This document shows, in pieces, positions 13,901-25,065 of a DNA stretch of 64,000 nt. Location: contig NC_045697.1 of NCBI RefSeq assembly GCF_009834535.1, positions 78,122,001-78,186,000 of the forward strand, written 5' to 3'. The DNA comes from Camelus ferus. Taxonomy: Eukaryota. Every line of letters begins with the position of its first letter. Positions within the stretch are counted from its first letter, which is position 1. The notes under the pieces are model-generated. The model saw only the letters and a list, made by a program, of their open reading frames with translations. It had not been told where the DNA came from and made no database searches. The translations under genes and the position numbers were made by a program.

Positions 13901-16859
13901 CAAATATTTCACATTTAGACAGGGTGGGTCCAGGAGGAGCTTGTCATTGCCTTTCAGTAGGTCAAGAAAAGCTTCTTGGAGAGAGACTTTTAAGAAGGGA
14001 GTGGAACCACTAAGTTTGCAGAGAGAGGACGTATCAGGTGTAAGGTACAGTAGTCATGCAGATGGCTTATTGATATTAAGTGAGAAGATTAGACAAAGGA
14101 GGCAAGGAATAGATTTGCTTCCCTGGAGTGGTGGGCTACCAGAATGATAAGAGTTTTTTCTAGCCACTCTGAGCAAAAGAGACTGTTGAGCCAAAAAAAA
14201 AAAAAAAAAAAAAAAATCAACCTCAGCAGAGGGTCAGGAATCAAACACAGAGAAGTGTAGCAGATGGGAGAAAGTTCACGGGTACAGTTCAGTTCACAGG
14301 GTTGAAAGGAGGATGTATTTGAGATGTGGACAAAGTTGGGAATAGCTTCAGAAAAGACCATAAGTTGCACTGAAGTGGGTTGAATACCAAACAAGTAAGG
14401 GAGGAGCAAAAGCTCAAGGGAGAAAGACGTGTATTCAAACAGCTCCTGTACAAGGAGAGGGTGATTCTAATTTTTCAATCAGAAGGTGCATGAACTCTTG
14501 TGATCTGGGCTTAGAGGAGTTAATTCAAAAGAACTGCTAAAATGTTTCCCTGTGGTTCAGTACAGGCCATAAGGAATTGACAATACCTCTAGAAGCTGCA
14601 ATTTGCTTAACTGCGGAGTTAACTAAGGACTACTCACCCAGGGCCGTAGCCTCTACCAGAGCCAAAAACACATCTGAGGGCCCACTGGCCAGTTGTCCCA
14701 GTTCCGGGGTACCATGCGGCCAAGCTTTTAGGACACAATTTTCAAAATCATAGCAACATCTTTCTGAGGCATAGCGATCATCAAATCTGCCCGCAGAATT
14801 ATGTTACTGTGAAAAGTGATGTCTTAAAATCCATAAATTTGCGACGTTAGAATGAGTCGTTTTTGATATCATTTACAAGCTAAAAAGTACTCAGGCCTGT
14901 TGACAAAGTAAAGAAATGGTGTCAAAAATAATTTTAAAACCTTTTGACCTATAAGGTTTAAAAGAATTAGGCACAGATTCTTTGCTTTAAGCCTCTTGGT
15001 GACAAGAAATATGGTACCCTGCCAGACTGTTTGATTGACAGTAGCGTTTGTAGTTTCAGCTGCTAATACAGTATGCTTCTTGTGTATTCTGAGTGGGTAA
15101 ATATAGAAGACTATTTGTCACCTGGGTTGATGGATTACAAATAAGTGAGACAATGTGGTTAGGGTTCTGAAGCATAAATGAAAAGTCAAAAACCTCATAT
15201 TATTTACGAAAACGATGCTTATGATTTAAGATTTGTTATTCCCGTTACATCAATAGAAATGGTTGGGTTTGAAAATAAGCACGTTACTCATTTTTAATCA
15301 TCTCTTTCCATTACATAGTTATTTGCTACAAGAATGCACCAATTAAGTGTACCAAAAAACCTGATTAAAATGAAGGACTTATTATAGATAGCTGCATTTA
15401 TTTTTAAATATCATGATTCAAGTATCTTAAAATTTTCCACTCATAGGACCTATGACTAATGACATGTTTCTCCACCCAAGTAAAGCTTGCTGTTTTCAGT
15501 ACCTAATTAGTGTTCAAGCCTGTTGTGCTCACTTATGCTTAGAATAGTGGAGTTTCTGAAAAACCTTTCTTGGTCAATAGCCCTCTAATAATATTGATTT
15601 CTCTTTGTACAACATTTTGAATTTGCTAAAGTGTTACAAGTGGTATAACATAATTTCAAAATGATATCATGAATGGTTCAATAATTAATATTTTCGAAGA
15701 ATCGTGCTATTCAAGATGAGAAGATTATTACAGTGATATTACTGAGTCTTCGGACTTAGAAAAGAAAATTTGCTTTGGAAAGCACATGATCACCTTTCAA
15801 GACTAGAAGCAAAACGGGCATTTTTAGCATGCTACTCTTATCTTTATTTGCTGATAAAGAAAGAATCCAGAGTTTTTCAAAACTTTAAATGAAAGGCTAT
15901 GGTGAGGTTCACATTACCCAATCTTAAAAGAAAAAAGCCATAAATGGATGGGAACAAAATAGAAACAATAGCCTTGACATTTTATTTTAGAACTTTAAGA
16001 AATACTATTCTAAACAAAACACGGCATATGAAGTCTATTTGTTTTCATCTATGTAATTAAGACAGTATTATATTGAAGCACAGGAAAGCATAAAAGTTAA
16101 TGTCCTATAACTATAGCTTCATGTCACAATGCTCTCATTTCATCATGGAAATTCGGCTAGTTTTTGAGTTGGTTATTCTTTGAATGCCTATATTTAAGGA
16201 CAATTTATATTAAATGGGGAAGAAAACACTCAATTCTTACTCAGTTCAATTCATGCAACTTGTGGTTTGGTTTAAAGAGTTGTGTACAGGCAAAGGTACC
16301 ATTTTTCTTGAACCTCTGTCATAATGTATTTGCTACTCAAAACTACCTGCCTCTGACAGTATGTGTTAGCAGAAAAATGAAAGAATTAAGCTTAAATTTT
16401 GTAAGTAAATTATAATCCAATACTTGAAAGATGCAGTCATTAAAAAAGCCTGTACTGTATATAATTTAGAACTGTATATCAATATACACATTCGGTAAAA
16501 TAAAACACTAAAGAATTCTTTGAATGTGATTTTATCCTTTCTAAATTGTTTTTATGTGCTGCAAAAATTATTTTATGTTTTTGTCCCACAAGCCTAGTAC
16601 CACCATCAAGATGGGAATAGTTAATTGCTACATCACTTGAGTATCATTTTGGTTTCTCACCTGTTCAGAGAAATGCTAGATTAGTTTACAAGTTTAAGTT
16701 GAATGGCTGACAGTAAAAGAACTATATACTTCTTGTTAAAATTTGAAACCAGAAGCTATGTGTTGTATACTTGGGTTTCAAGCAAAGGAAGACAAACCAG
16801 TATAGCTAGTACAACTCAGATATTAATTTATTATTTTCTTTTCCAGAAAGAATAAATCA

Positions 16860-17012
16860 TTGGATGTTAGAGTTTTAACTACATTGCATTGTAGTCTCAT
16901 TTTATGGATGAAGCAATGCAAGTGTGAGGCAAAGAAGTCCTGCAGTAAAGGTCACATAACAGTAAGTGGGGTAATGGGACTTGAGAGCAATTTCTGTTTT
17001 TACTACACAGCG
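16860..17012 (-). mobile_element. MIR fragment
   Basis: 'ctcattttatggatgaagcaa', 'aaggtcacataacagtaagtgg'. Confidence 0.65.
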
Positions 17013-17270
17013 TGGTTACTAATGGACCAGGGTAATTTAACCCAGCATTTCCTGGAACTCGGGAGTCAAGATTTCCTGATTCATTTCACAGAAATACTAC
17101 ACTCCGTGTTGCTTATAGGTACTGGTTTTTTTTGGATACCTTTAATAACAACAAAAATAAAGGAAAAATTAACTTTTAATTGGAAAAGCACAGCAGACAG
17201 AGTTATGGATGCCAAAGGAGCCCCCTCAGGCTTTGCTGTTGACACATTTATGGTATAAAAACTGGAGAAG

Positions 17271-17391
17271 GGGGGATGGTATAGCTTAAGTGGTAGGGTA
17301 CACGCTTAGCACGCATGAGGTTGTGAGTTCAATCCCCAGAAACTCCTCTAAAAATAAATAAACCTAATTATCCCCTCAAAAAAATTTTTTT
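17271..17391 (+). mobile_element. tRNA-Ala-derived camelid SINE (vic-1-like) with 15-bp TSD
   Basis: A-box 'tagcttaagtgg', anticodon-like 'cttagca', B-box 'gagttcaatcc', 'aataaataaacctaatta' tail; TSD taaaaactggagaag (17256-17270) / taaaaagtggagaag (17392-17406). Confidence 0.88.
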
Positions 17392-18874
17392 TAAAAAGTG
17401 GAGAAGAGTTATGAGACATTTCCAGCTGCACTGATTCTTTAAACTTTGAGGAGATTATAGTAGAAAATATTTCTCCTCTTGTTTTTGTCCACAAAGGAAG
17501 CCTTTAAAAAGAGAAGTGACAGTGTCTGACAATTACATAGAACTGATTGTCTAAATGATTTGAAGTTACTTAAGCATCATTCAACTTAATGGTTTCCAAC
17601 AATTTGACACTTTTCTAAGAAATAACATCACAACCTGACCACTCTGGGGGTGAAAACCTACAGAATGGACTTTTCCAATTGAACTAAAGATGTAACCATC
17701 CAGGACTCTTAAGAAACAGAGCACAAGGCCAACTGTATGAGGCATGAATCAAAGCACGTGTGTCCAGTTAAGAAAGACTGTTATTAGTATCTGTTAGCGT
17801 TAGTGCTTCCTGAAAAACAATTCCCATTGTTTTACTCAACTTGGTTTTTATTGATTCATTTAGATGTATTAATTATTAAAATGTTATGAAATGCAAAATA
17901 TTGTTATATAAATGTCAATGATTGCAACTTTAATCATATCTTAAAGAATATTGTCAGGGCTAAGCTATTCCCTCGGGCTTCATGGTAAATCCAAGTTAGC
18001 CTATTCCTCTGGATTTCTAGCTTACTTTCTTTTTCACCAAGTTCCAGGTTTCGATGCATTTTATGCACACGCAGGAAAAAAGAAAGCATTTCTAGATCTA
18101 GAGTCTGAAGAAAATGACAAACTATTATATGGAAGGTTAATACGGGTATGAATAAGCATGTAAAAAGTCAGTCAAGAGCTCGGAGGCTAAATTCGTCAAG
18201 GCCATTGATGCCACCATCTTCAGTGATGACACCCGCATTATAAAATTATTTTTCTCCTGTGAGGACAACTGCCATAAATTTTCAAGCAATTTTTGAAAAT
18301 ACAGTTGTGTAAAGTTTCCCATGTCTGACATTTTAATTTTGGGTTTGAGAATTCTTTTAAAAGAACATAGGACAATTTACTTACTAGATGGTTGTTTAAA
18401 GTCCTGGACTTAATATCCTTCATGCAAAATCTAAATCCAAAAGACAGATTCATTCTATGTCTAATAGGAGCATAGTGAACAATAAGAAAGTTAGTGAAGT
18501 AAGGCAAGTCAAATCTGAACCCAAACTAAGTTCAAGTCAAAGCACCCATTCCTTTATTGCTTTTGGTGAGTACAATTAAATGTGATAATTTATGTCCATT
18601 AATTGAAGCAGTCTGACATACGAGCCACTGGTAAGTGTACTCCATTTTATGTGAGAAACTCCAGGTTTCATGGACTATCAAAGTAGGACTTAATAAGAAA
18701 TACATCACAGTTAAACAGGTAGACCTTGTGTGAGAGACATTTATACCAGTCCAGAAAAACCTAGTTGAATTGTTGGCTAGAAAGTCAAGCTGGCAGGGAT
18801 TAATTTCAGTGTACCTTCTTCTTGTGTGATGTGCTATGGGGATATGACTATCGTATTTCAGATAAATAAAGAGA

Positions 18875-19112
18875 AGGGGCTTATGTTTATCAAACACCTT
18901 TAGTGTGAGGCACTGTTAAGGTGCTTTACATAAACCACTATATTTAAACCTCAAAGAATAGCCTTGTGAAATAGATAATTGTATTATTAATGACATTTTA
19001 GAGTTGAGAAAATTAAAGCAAAGATAAGTTAAGCAACTTTTTCAAGGTTCCAATATACTATTCAAAGCCAGGATTTGGATTCCAATATCCCTTTCCTTTC
19101 TACTGCATCACA
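18875..19112 (-). mobile_element. MIR SINE
   Basis: 'ggcactgttaaggtgctttaca', 'cattttagagttgagaaaattaaagc', 'gttaagcaactttttcaagg'. Confidence 0.8.
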
Positions 19113-19680
19113 CAGTGTGGCAACGCCTTTCTCTGTAAGCTCGATGCAGGAAACATCCTAGACTTCGTACAAAACACATTCTATTTACAAATTGTTTGGG
19201 AGTTAGGTCTTTTCAGTGATACTCTGATTAGTGAATTCTCTGGGAACAAAATGCTTTCGTGACAATAACGTATTTTTAAAAACCCTACTGGAATTTTTTT
19301 GACGAGTGATAGCAGAAATTGCAGCTGTGTATGACAAAAATACCTCACTGCTCGGTTTCTATTTGCCTTTGTCCAGCTGAAGAGAAACGGGGCCAACTGT
19401 GAAGTTATTTTCCTTTCAATCTACCACATATTGAGCAGTTACTTGGTACCAGTTAATGTGTTAGGTGCTGTGCATTCATTTCCCTAGAAGGAGTACAGTT
19501 TTATTATCTCCTGTTCCTACTTTTTCATCCTCTCCTCCCAGTGTCCCTTCCAACTCTACATTGGGCAGGCTGGCTCTCTCCCTACTGAATCAGGGAAGAA
19601 TCTGTTACCAGGCGACAGTATTTATTGACTGAGAGACAATCACACTGCATTTTGAAGGTGGTTTTTGGTGTTACCTCAAC

Positions 19681-19832
19681 CAGTATTTGTACTTTTAAAC
19701 CCCTGGTCAAGGTACATCAGAATCACTGGTGAACTTGTACAAAGGCTTATTGCCGGATATCACCTCGATGTCTTAAGCCACTACATTTTTAATTGACACC
19801 CCAGGGAACTGCACTTAAAGAAGCTTTCCCTT
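19681..19832. mobile_element. MER5-like hAT-Charlie fragment
   Basis: 'tacatcagaatcactggtgaacttg' matches the MER5A end; 'ctgcacttaaagaagctttccc'. Confidence 0.55.
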
Positions 19833-19944
19833 CTGATGGAAGAGGCTTCTCTGTGAACAGAATCTAGAGATAAGGAGGAAGCCTGGTGGGGATAATTTTA
19901 TAGGCTTTCCAGCCCCAGGTTTATGCTTTTCTTCTTTCTTCCTT

Positions 19945-20060
19945 TATCTATTCATTTACTCATTCATTTATTTTTAAGCATTTATGATTTGCTGGTAACC
20001 ATGGATTAAAAAGCAGTCTTTGCTCATAGAGAGCTCACAGTCCAATGGGAAGACATCTGT
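19945..20060 (-). mobile_element. L2 3' end fragment
   Basis: 'ttcatttactcattcattt...aagcattta', 'tgctcatagagagctcacagtccaatggg'. Confidence 0.65.
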
Positions 20061-20574
20061 ATCATTCATACAAACAGTATCTCTCTTAGACCCAGGCAAG
20101 GAAGCTCCTGCGCTGGCTGTGTGCTGTAGAAAGCCTCACTTTGGCTGCTCCTTTGGCTTTTCCCTTCCCATGAGGTGGACAGTTCGGAGAGTTAAGAAAA
20201 TGTAATCACCAGAGTTTGCCTCCCTTTGAGACCATGCACTGGATCTGGGATTCTCTGTGCTCTCCCCTTTTCTGAGTCCTTCTCCTGAACTGTAGCACTG
20301 ATGTGCACATAGCCAGCCCCAAAAGATGGTCCCAGGGTAGCAGTTTGTAGGGGTAATAGGTGGAGCTATGACAGGGCCAGGAAGTCGACACGCGCACTCG
20401 TGAAGCTACTGCAGTGCAGAAGGAACTCTGGGGAGGGAGTCGGTTAAGAAGAGAAGTCGATGTGACTCAGGGATTGGGGCAGTTCTCCCAGGGCTCAGAA
20501 CTTCCAGAAGTTCAAGAACTCTAACTTTGAACCCAGCCATCTGGAAGGTATATTTCTCAGGGCAGGAGGACAGA

Positions 20575-21128
20575 ATCTATTTTATTTAACAGTTTGTCAG
20601 CTTGATTTATAACTTTTAAATATTTGAGTAGCTAAAAGGGGGATGGGAGAGATATAAATAAGGAGTTCGGGATTAGCAGATTCAAACTACAATATACAAA
20701 ACAGATAAACAACAAGGCTGGCTCTAGTTGAAAAAGAATATGAAAAAGAATACATATGTATATGCATAACTGAATCAATTTGCTGTATTCCAGAAACTAA
20801 TACAACACTGAATATCAACTATACTATTTCATATAAAATAGATAAACACGGCCCTACTGTATAGCACAAGGAATGATACTTTCAATACCTTGTAATAGTA
20901 TATAATGAAAAAGAATATGAAAAGGAATGTATATATATCACTGAATCACTATGTTGTATGCCAGAAATTAACACAACATTGTAAACCGACTATATTTCAA
21001 TAAAACTAACCCCCCCCCCCAAATAAACAGGGAAAAAACTCATGATAGATACTGAGAATATTCGGGTGGATAGCAAGTGGGCTTCAGTTTATATTCTTGC
21101 TCTGGACCCCACAAACGTTAGGGGAGAG
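20575..21128. mobile_element. Old non-autonomous hAT-type DNA transposon fragment, interrupted by L1 3' ends
   Basis: 'ttatttaacagtttgtcagcttgatttataacttttaaatattt' resumes after the L1 as 'gtgggcttcagtttatattcttgctctggaccccacaaacgttagggg'; family not assigned. Confidence 0.5.
20638..21005 (+). mobile_element. Two overlapping tandem L1 3' termini
   Basis: 'tgaaaaagaatatgaaaa' at 20729 and 20906; 'ctgaatca...ccagaaa..aacac' twice; 'agataaaca' at 20703 and 20840. Confidence 0.85.
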
Positions 21129-21659
21129 CTGCCCTTGGAATTAAGATTGTGTTGAGGAGAGGATTCTCCCAGCAGAATTTACCGGAAAACTGGTAAAGCT
21201 TGGCCTTTAGGTTCTTCCACCTTGACAGTCCCTGACAGACTCGGGGGGTTGCTGGGAGCTGTGGAGGTTTTGGGTGGAAAGGGGAGGCCAGATTGCAGTC
21301 TGGAATCATTTCTGTGTGAACGTTTCTGCTTGATTGCCTAGAGATCTCCAGGAAAGGGACCTGTATTTTCAGGTTTCAACATTTGCTGTGGTTTCTTTTT
21401 TCATTTGAAATAAACATTTACTTTCATATCTAGTTTTGTTTCCTCTTTCTTAAAGAAGTTTCCTTCCCCAAATTATAGGTGCCGCAGGCCCCACCACCTG
21501 CGTCTGCGCTTGAGTTCAACATATCTTGGGACACAAGGTTAGACAAGTTGCAGAGCACAGGCCTTGATTCTTTGAAGGCCATGGGAGCCGCCAAGGATTG
21601 AGGCAGACAAGTTGTCGGTATTTTTGCACAGGGTGCTTTCAAATGATGGACCATTTGGA

Positions 21660-23200
21660 GACAATGTGGGACTGGAAACTCTTAGCAATCCCACTGAGTC
21701 AGGATGTGTTCCTAGACTAAGGCAGTGGGGGAAGAAGTTTCATAAAATTAGAAAGACTTCATGTTTGATTAGAAATATATAGTGGAAAGAGTCGAGGATG
21801 AGTTTGGGGTTTCTCATGTAGAGGCTTTGATGGATATTGCTCTGATTTGGGGAGAAAAAATAAATTCAGTTTTAAAAGGGTTGGGTTTAAATTTATATAG
21901 GCTAATAAGTAGAGATCTCCAGCAGCCAGTTAAATATGTGATTCTGAATCTTGGGGAAGACGCTGGGTTGGCTGGGGATATCTATGGATGTGTGTGTATG
22001 TGTGTGTGTACTGACACATATATTCACACACCTGTGTGCATTTGCATGCATGCTTACACATGCTTACATATCTTCGTGAGCACAAATATATATTTGGGAG
22101 TCACTGGTGTAAGTTGAGACCACCAGAATGAATGAGGTCAATCAAGGAAAGCATTTAAAAGGAATACACCAGCGAGCTGATGACAGGACTCTGAGAAACG
22201 CCAATGTTTCAGTAGTGAACAGAGAAGGAAGACAAAAAAAAAAAGAGAAAGGTAAGAGGTTCCCTAAAATCTTAGAAATCACAGAAAGGCAGGTTTTCCA
22301 AGCAGGGAAAAATTAACAATGCCAATTAAGCAATGATATTAAAAAGTATCAACTGATTTGGCAACAAAGGAAGTCATTGGAGAGTTTCTGGAGTAGAGTT
22401 TAGGTGCAGAAAGAAATTGAGAATTTGGGTTGAGAATTGACTCGGGAATGAGGAATAGAAACTGTACCTTTAAGAGTAGAATTACTTTTAAGAGTTAAGT
22501 AGCAAAGAGGAGGAAGAGTATGCTGTACTCTGAAGGGAACTGAGAATCAAGTGAGTTCTACCTAACTGTCTACTTTATCTATCTATCTATCCATCCTGTT
22601 TTTAGGGTGATGATGTCTCATAGAGTAAGCTTTCAGGGAGACTGGGGGACAAGGTATGATGCCAGAGTCTTAGTGGAAGAAATGAGATGAAGATGGGTGA
22701 TCAGTCAAGTAAAAGTGTTGGTAGCTGGTGTTTCAGGCTTTGCTAAGGTGAGACGCTATGAATGCAGTGAGTGGTGTGGTTTCCTCAGAGGCACTCATTT
22801 CTCTGCACAGACAATACCACTCTTCTGAGTTTGGTGTTCTGCTAGAAGGCACAGCAGAAGTTTATGGATATGAGCAATGAGTGGAGATAAGAAAATACAT
22901 GATCAACCATAAACAGTGAGGATTGAGGCTGGACAGGGGAGAGAGAGAAAGCAGAACGCAGACACTAGGAAGGATGGAGGGCTCAGGGCTTTGAGGCAGT
23001 TAACAGAGAAGGATGAACAAAGAAAGGGCAGGAGGGAGCTGGGAGGTAGAACATCCTGGTTAGAGCGCGTTATTAGAGTGGTAGGCTGAAGAGGCACAAC
23101 GGTGTCGGGTGACAGTAGAGTTGACGGTGTTGAAGTATATGGCCAGGTTGGCTGGAATTGAAAATTATTCAATTTAACAAGGTCAAGAACTTCAGACAGA
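21660..23200 (-). mobile_element. Fragmented L2
   Basis: 'tttgggagtcactggtgtaagt', 'gactctgagaaacgccaatgttt', 'tgatttggcaacaaaggaagtcattgg'. Confidence 0.6.
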
Positions 23201-23504
23201 GAATAACAACTTCTGGACTAAGATAAACTTTTCAGCAAGAACTAAGAAAAAAGAGGGGAGGTCTCATGGATTTCCTTTATATTTCTGTCATTAAGTTATT
23301 AATATTAATTTATTTTAAATTATTTCAAAATTCAATCAAGATAAAAATTCATGATTATTTATCTATTTAATACCAGTAAATAATTAATTCAATAAATAAA
23401 TAAATTACACTTATTATTATTCATTTATTACTATTGAATGTCACTGAAAATAATGATGTTTTACTTAGCGTATCTTATGGCTTCTTGTTTTGCTTTTAGC
23501 AGAT

Positions 23505-23740
23505 GGGCTGGAACTAGTGAGGGATTTAGAATCAGAAGGCCTGACTTAATTCCCATTTCTATTACCTGCTAGTTGTGTAACCTTGAGGCGGCCACCTGCT
23601 CTCCAGGGGCCTCCGTTTTTTAATCTATAAAAGGGTATAATATCTATCCTTCGGGTGGTTAGTGGCAATCATACACCATGTGTAAACATCCTTTTTTGTA
23701 AATCACCAAGTGCTAGGCGAGACTCAGTTGATGTGGTTGT
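23505..23740 (+). mobile_element. MIR SINE
   Basis: 'agaatcagaaggcctg', 'ctagttgtgtaaccttgagg'. Confidence 0.7.
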
Positions 23741-24338
23741 TTCATTACTATGTGAGGATGTTGAACATAGCAAAGCCCCAGTGTCCTCTCTGAATCAGAG
23801 TTCCAGCTTTTCTTTAGCATTCAGTTGGCCTGCTGATCAGGCAGTAAACTTAAATTCATGTGTTAAGCAAAAATCCTTTAAAAATAAAATTTAGTAAACT
23901 ATTAATTTGCTGTACGTGTAAACATATACAATTTTGGCTGTAACTATATCCTCTCTCACTATATCTTTCCTTAAAAATGGTTATAAAGGTCACAGTTATT
24001 AAAATATTTTAAAAGTGGTTATTTTTGGATACATCTTTTTAGAGATAAGCTGAGATATTAACAAATTTTCCTGTATTATCAAAAGGCTGTTTATATGCCA
24101 GGTATACCTTCTCTTATATAAGTAAGCTTTTATTCAGAAGAGTGACTATTAATTAGTGAATTTATAAAATGAAAATTTTCAATTTGCAAAAAGGGGTTAA
24201 GAAGTTTCCTACAAAAAAAGAAAAGTTTCCTACATTTCTGTGACATCACTTTGCAGCAGGAAAGAACTCTTTTTCCCCATTTGTCTCCAAGAGGATGTTG
24301 AGGAAGTATGCACTAAAAAAAAGGAGAATTAGAAAAGC

Positions 24339-24502
24339 CAGGGAAATATATACAAGATCTTATGGTAGCTCACAGAGAAAAAAATGTGACAATGAATATA
24401 TGTATGTTCACGTATAACTGAAAAATTGTGCTGAACACTGGAATTTGACACAACATTGTAAAATGATTATAAATCAATAAAAAATGTTAAAAAAAAAAAA
24501 AA
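24339..24502 (+). mobile_element. Young camelid-type L1 3' end with poly(A)
   Basis: 'cagggaaatatatacaagatcttatggtagctcacag...tgacacaacattgtaaaatgattataaatcaataaaaaatgttaaaa', long A tail, short TSD aaaagcc. Confidence 0.88.
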
Positions 24503-24829
24503 GCCGACTAGACCTTTCTCTTGTTTGGTGGGTGGCAGATGGAGTTATAAGGAGGTGGTGCGAAACGGTTCTGGAGGTGGGGAATGGCCTGCTAGGCACG
24601 CTACAGACATCATCCTACAACATCCTTGCCATAGCCCACGGGAGTAGTTATGCAAGTCCCCATTTTGTAGCTGAGGACACTGAGAAGTAAAGAAGTTAAG
24701 GGAGGTTCACTGATGGTGGAAGAAAAACCTTTGTGAACTTTGACACCAGGTGGAGCTGCAGAAGCTGGGAAGTGAGTTCGTGATAAACAAGTTTATATTT
24801 AATCTTATGTTGAGATCAAAACTAGTAAA

Positions 24830-25065
24830 TGAGCAATGTCTTTTACATTATAGAGACCAGATTTAAATCCCAGTTAGTTGCTTAATACCTGTGTGATGGT
24901 GGGCAGATTACCCAAGGTTACTCTGTACCTGAGTTTCCTCACCTATAAGAAAGGGAGGAGGCATACCGCCTCCACCAAAAAGTTGTGAGAATGAAGAAAA
25001 GGACTGGGAGAGAGCAAATATTGCAGTGCCTGGAAGATTGCAGGAGGTTAAACGTATTAGTCAAT
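24830..25065 (+). mobile_element. MIR SINE
   Basis: 'ctgtgtgatggtgggcagattacc', 'ctgagtttcctcacctataag'. Confidence 0.75.

Noticed and set aside
16860..17258. 132-aa ORF
   Set aside because: Non-ATG start, begins inside a MIR, random-looking composition
17271..17346. Possible tRNA-Ala gene
   Set aside because: Disrupted stems, SINE-type tail and TSD indicate a retroposed SINE
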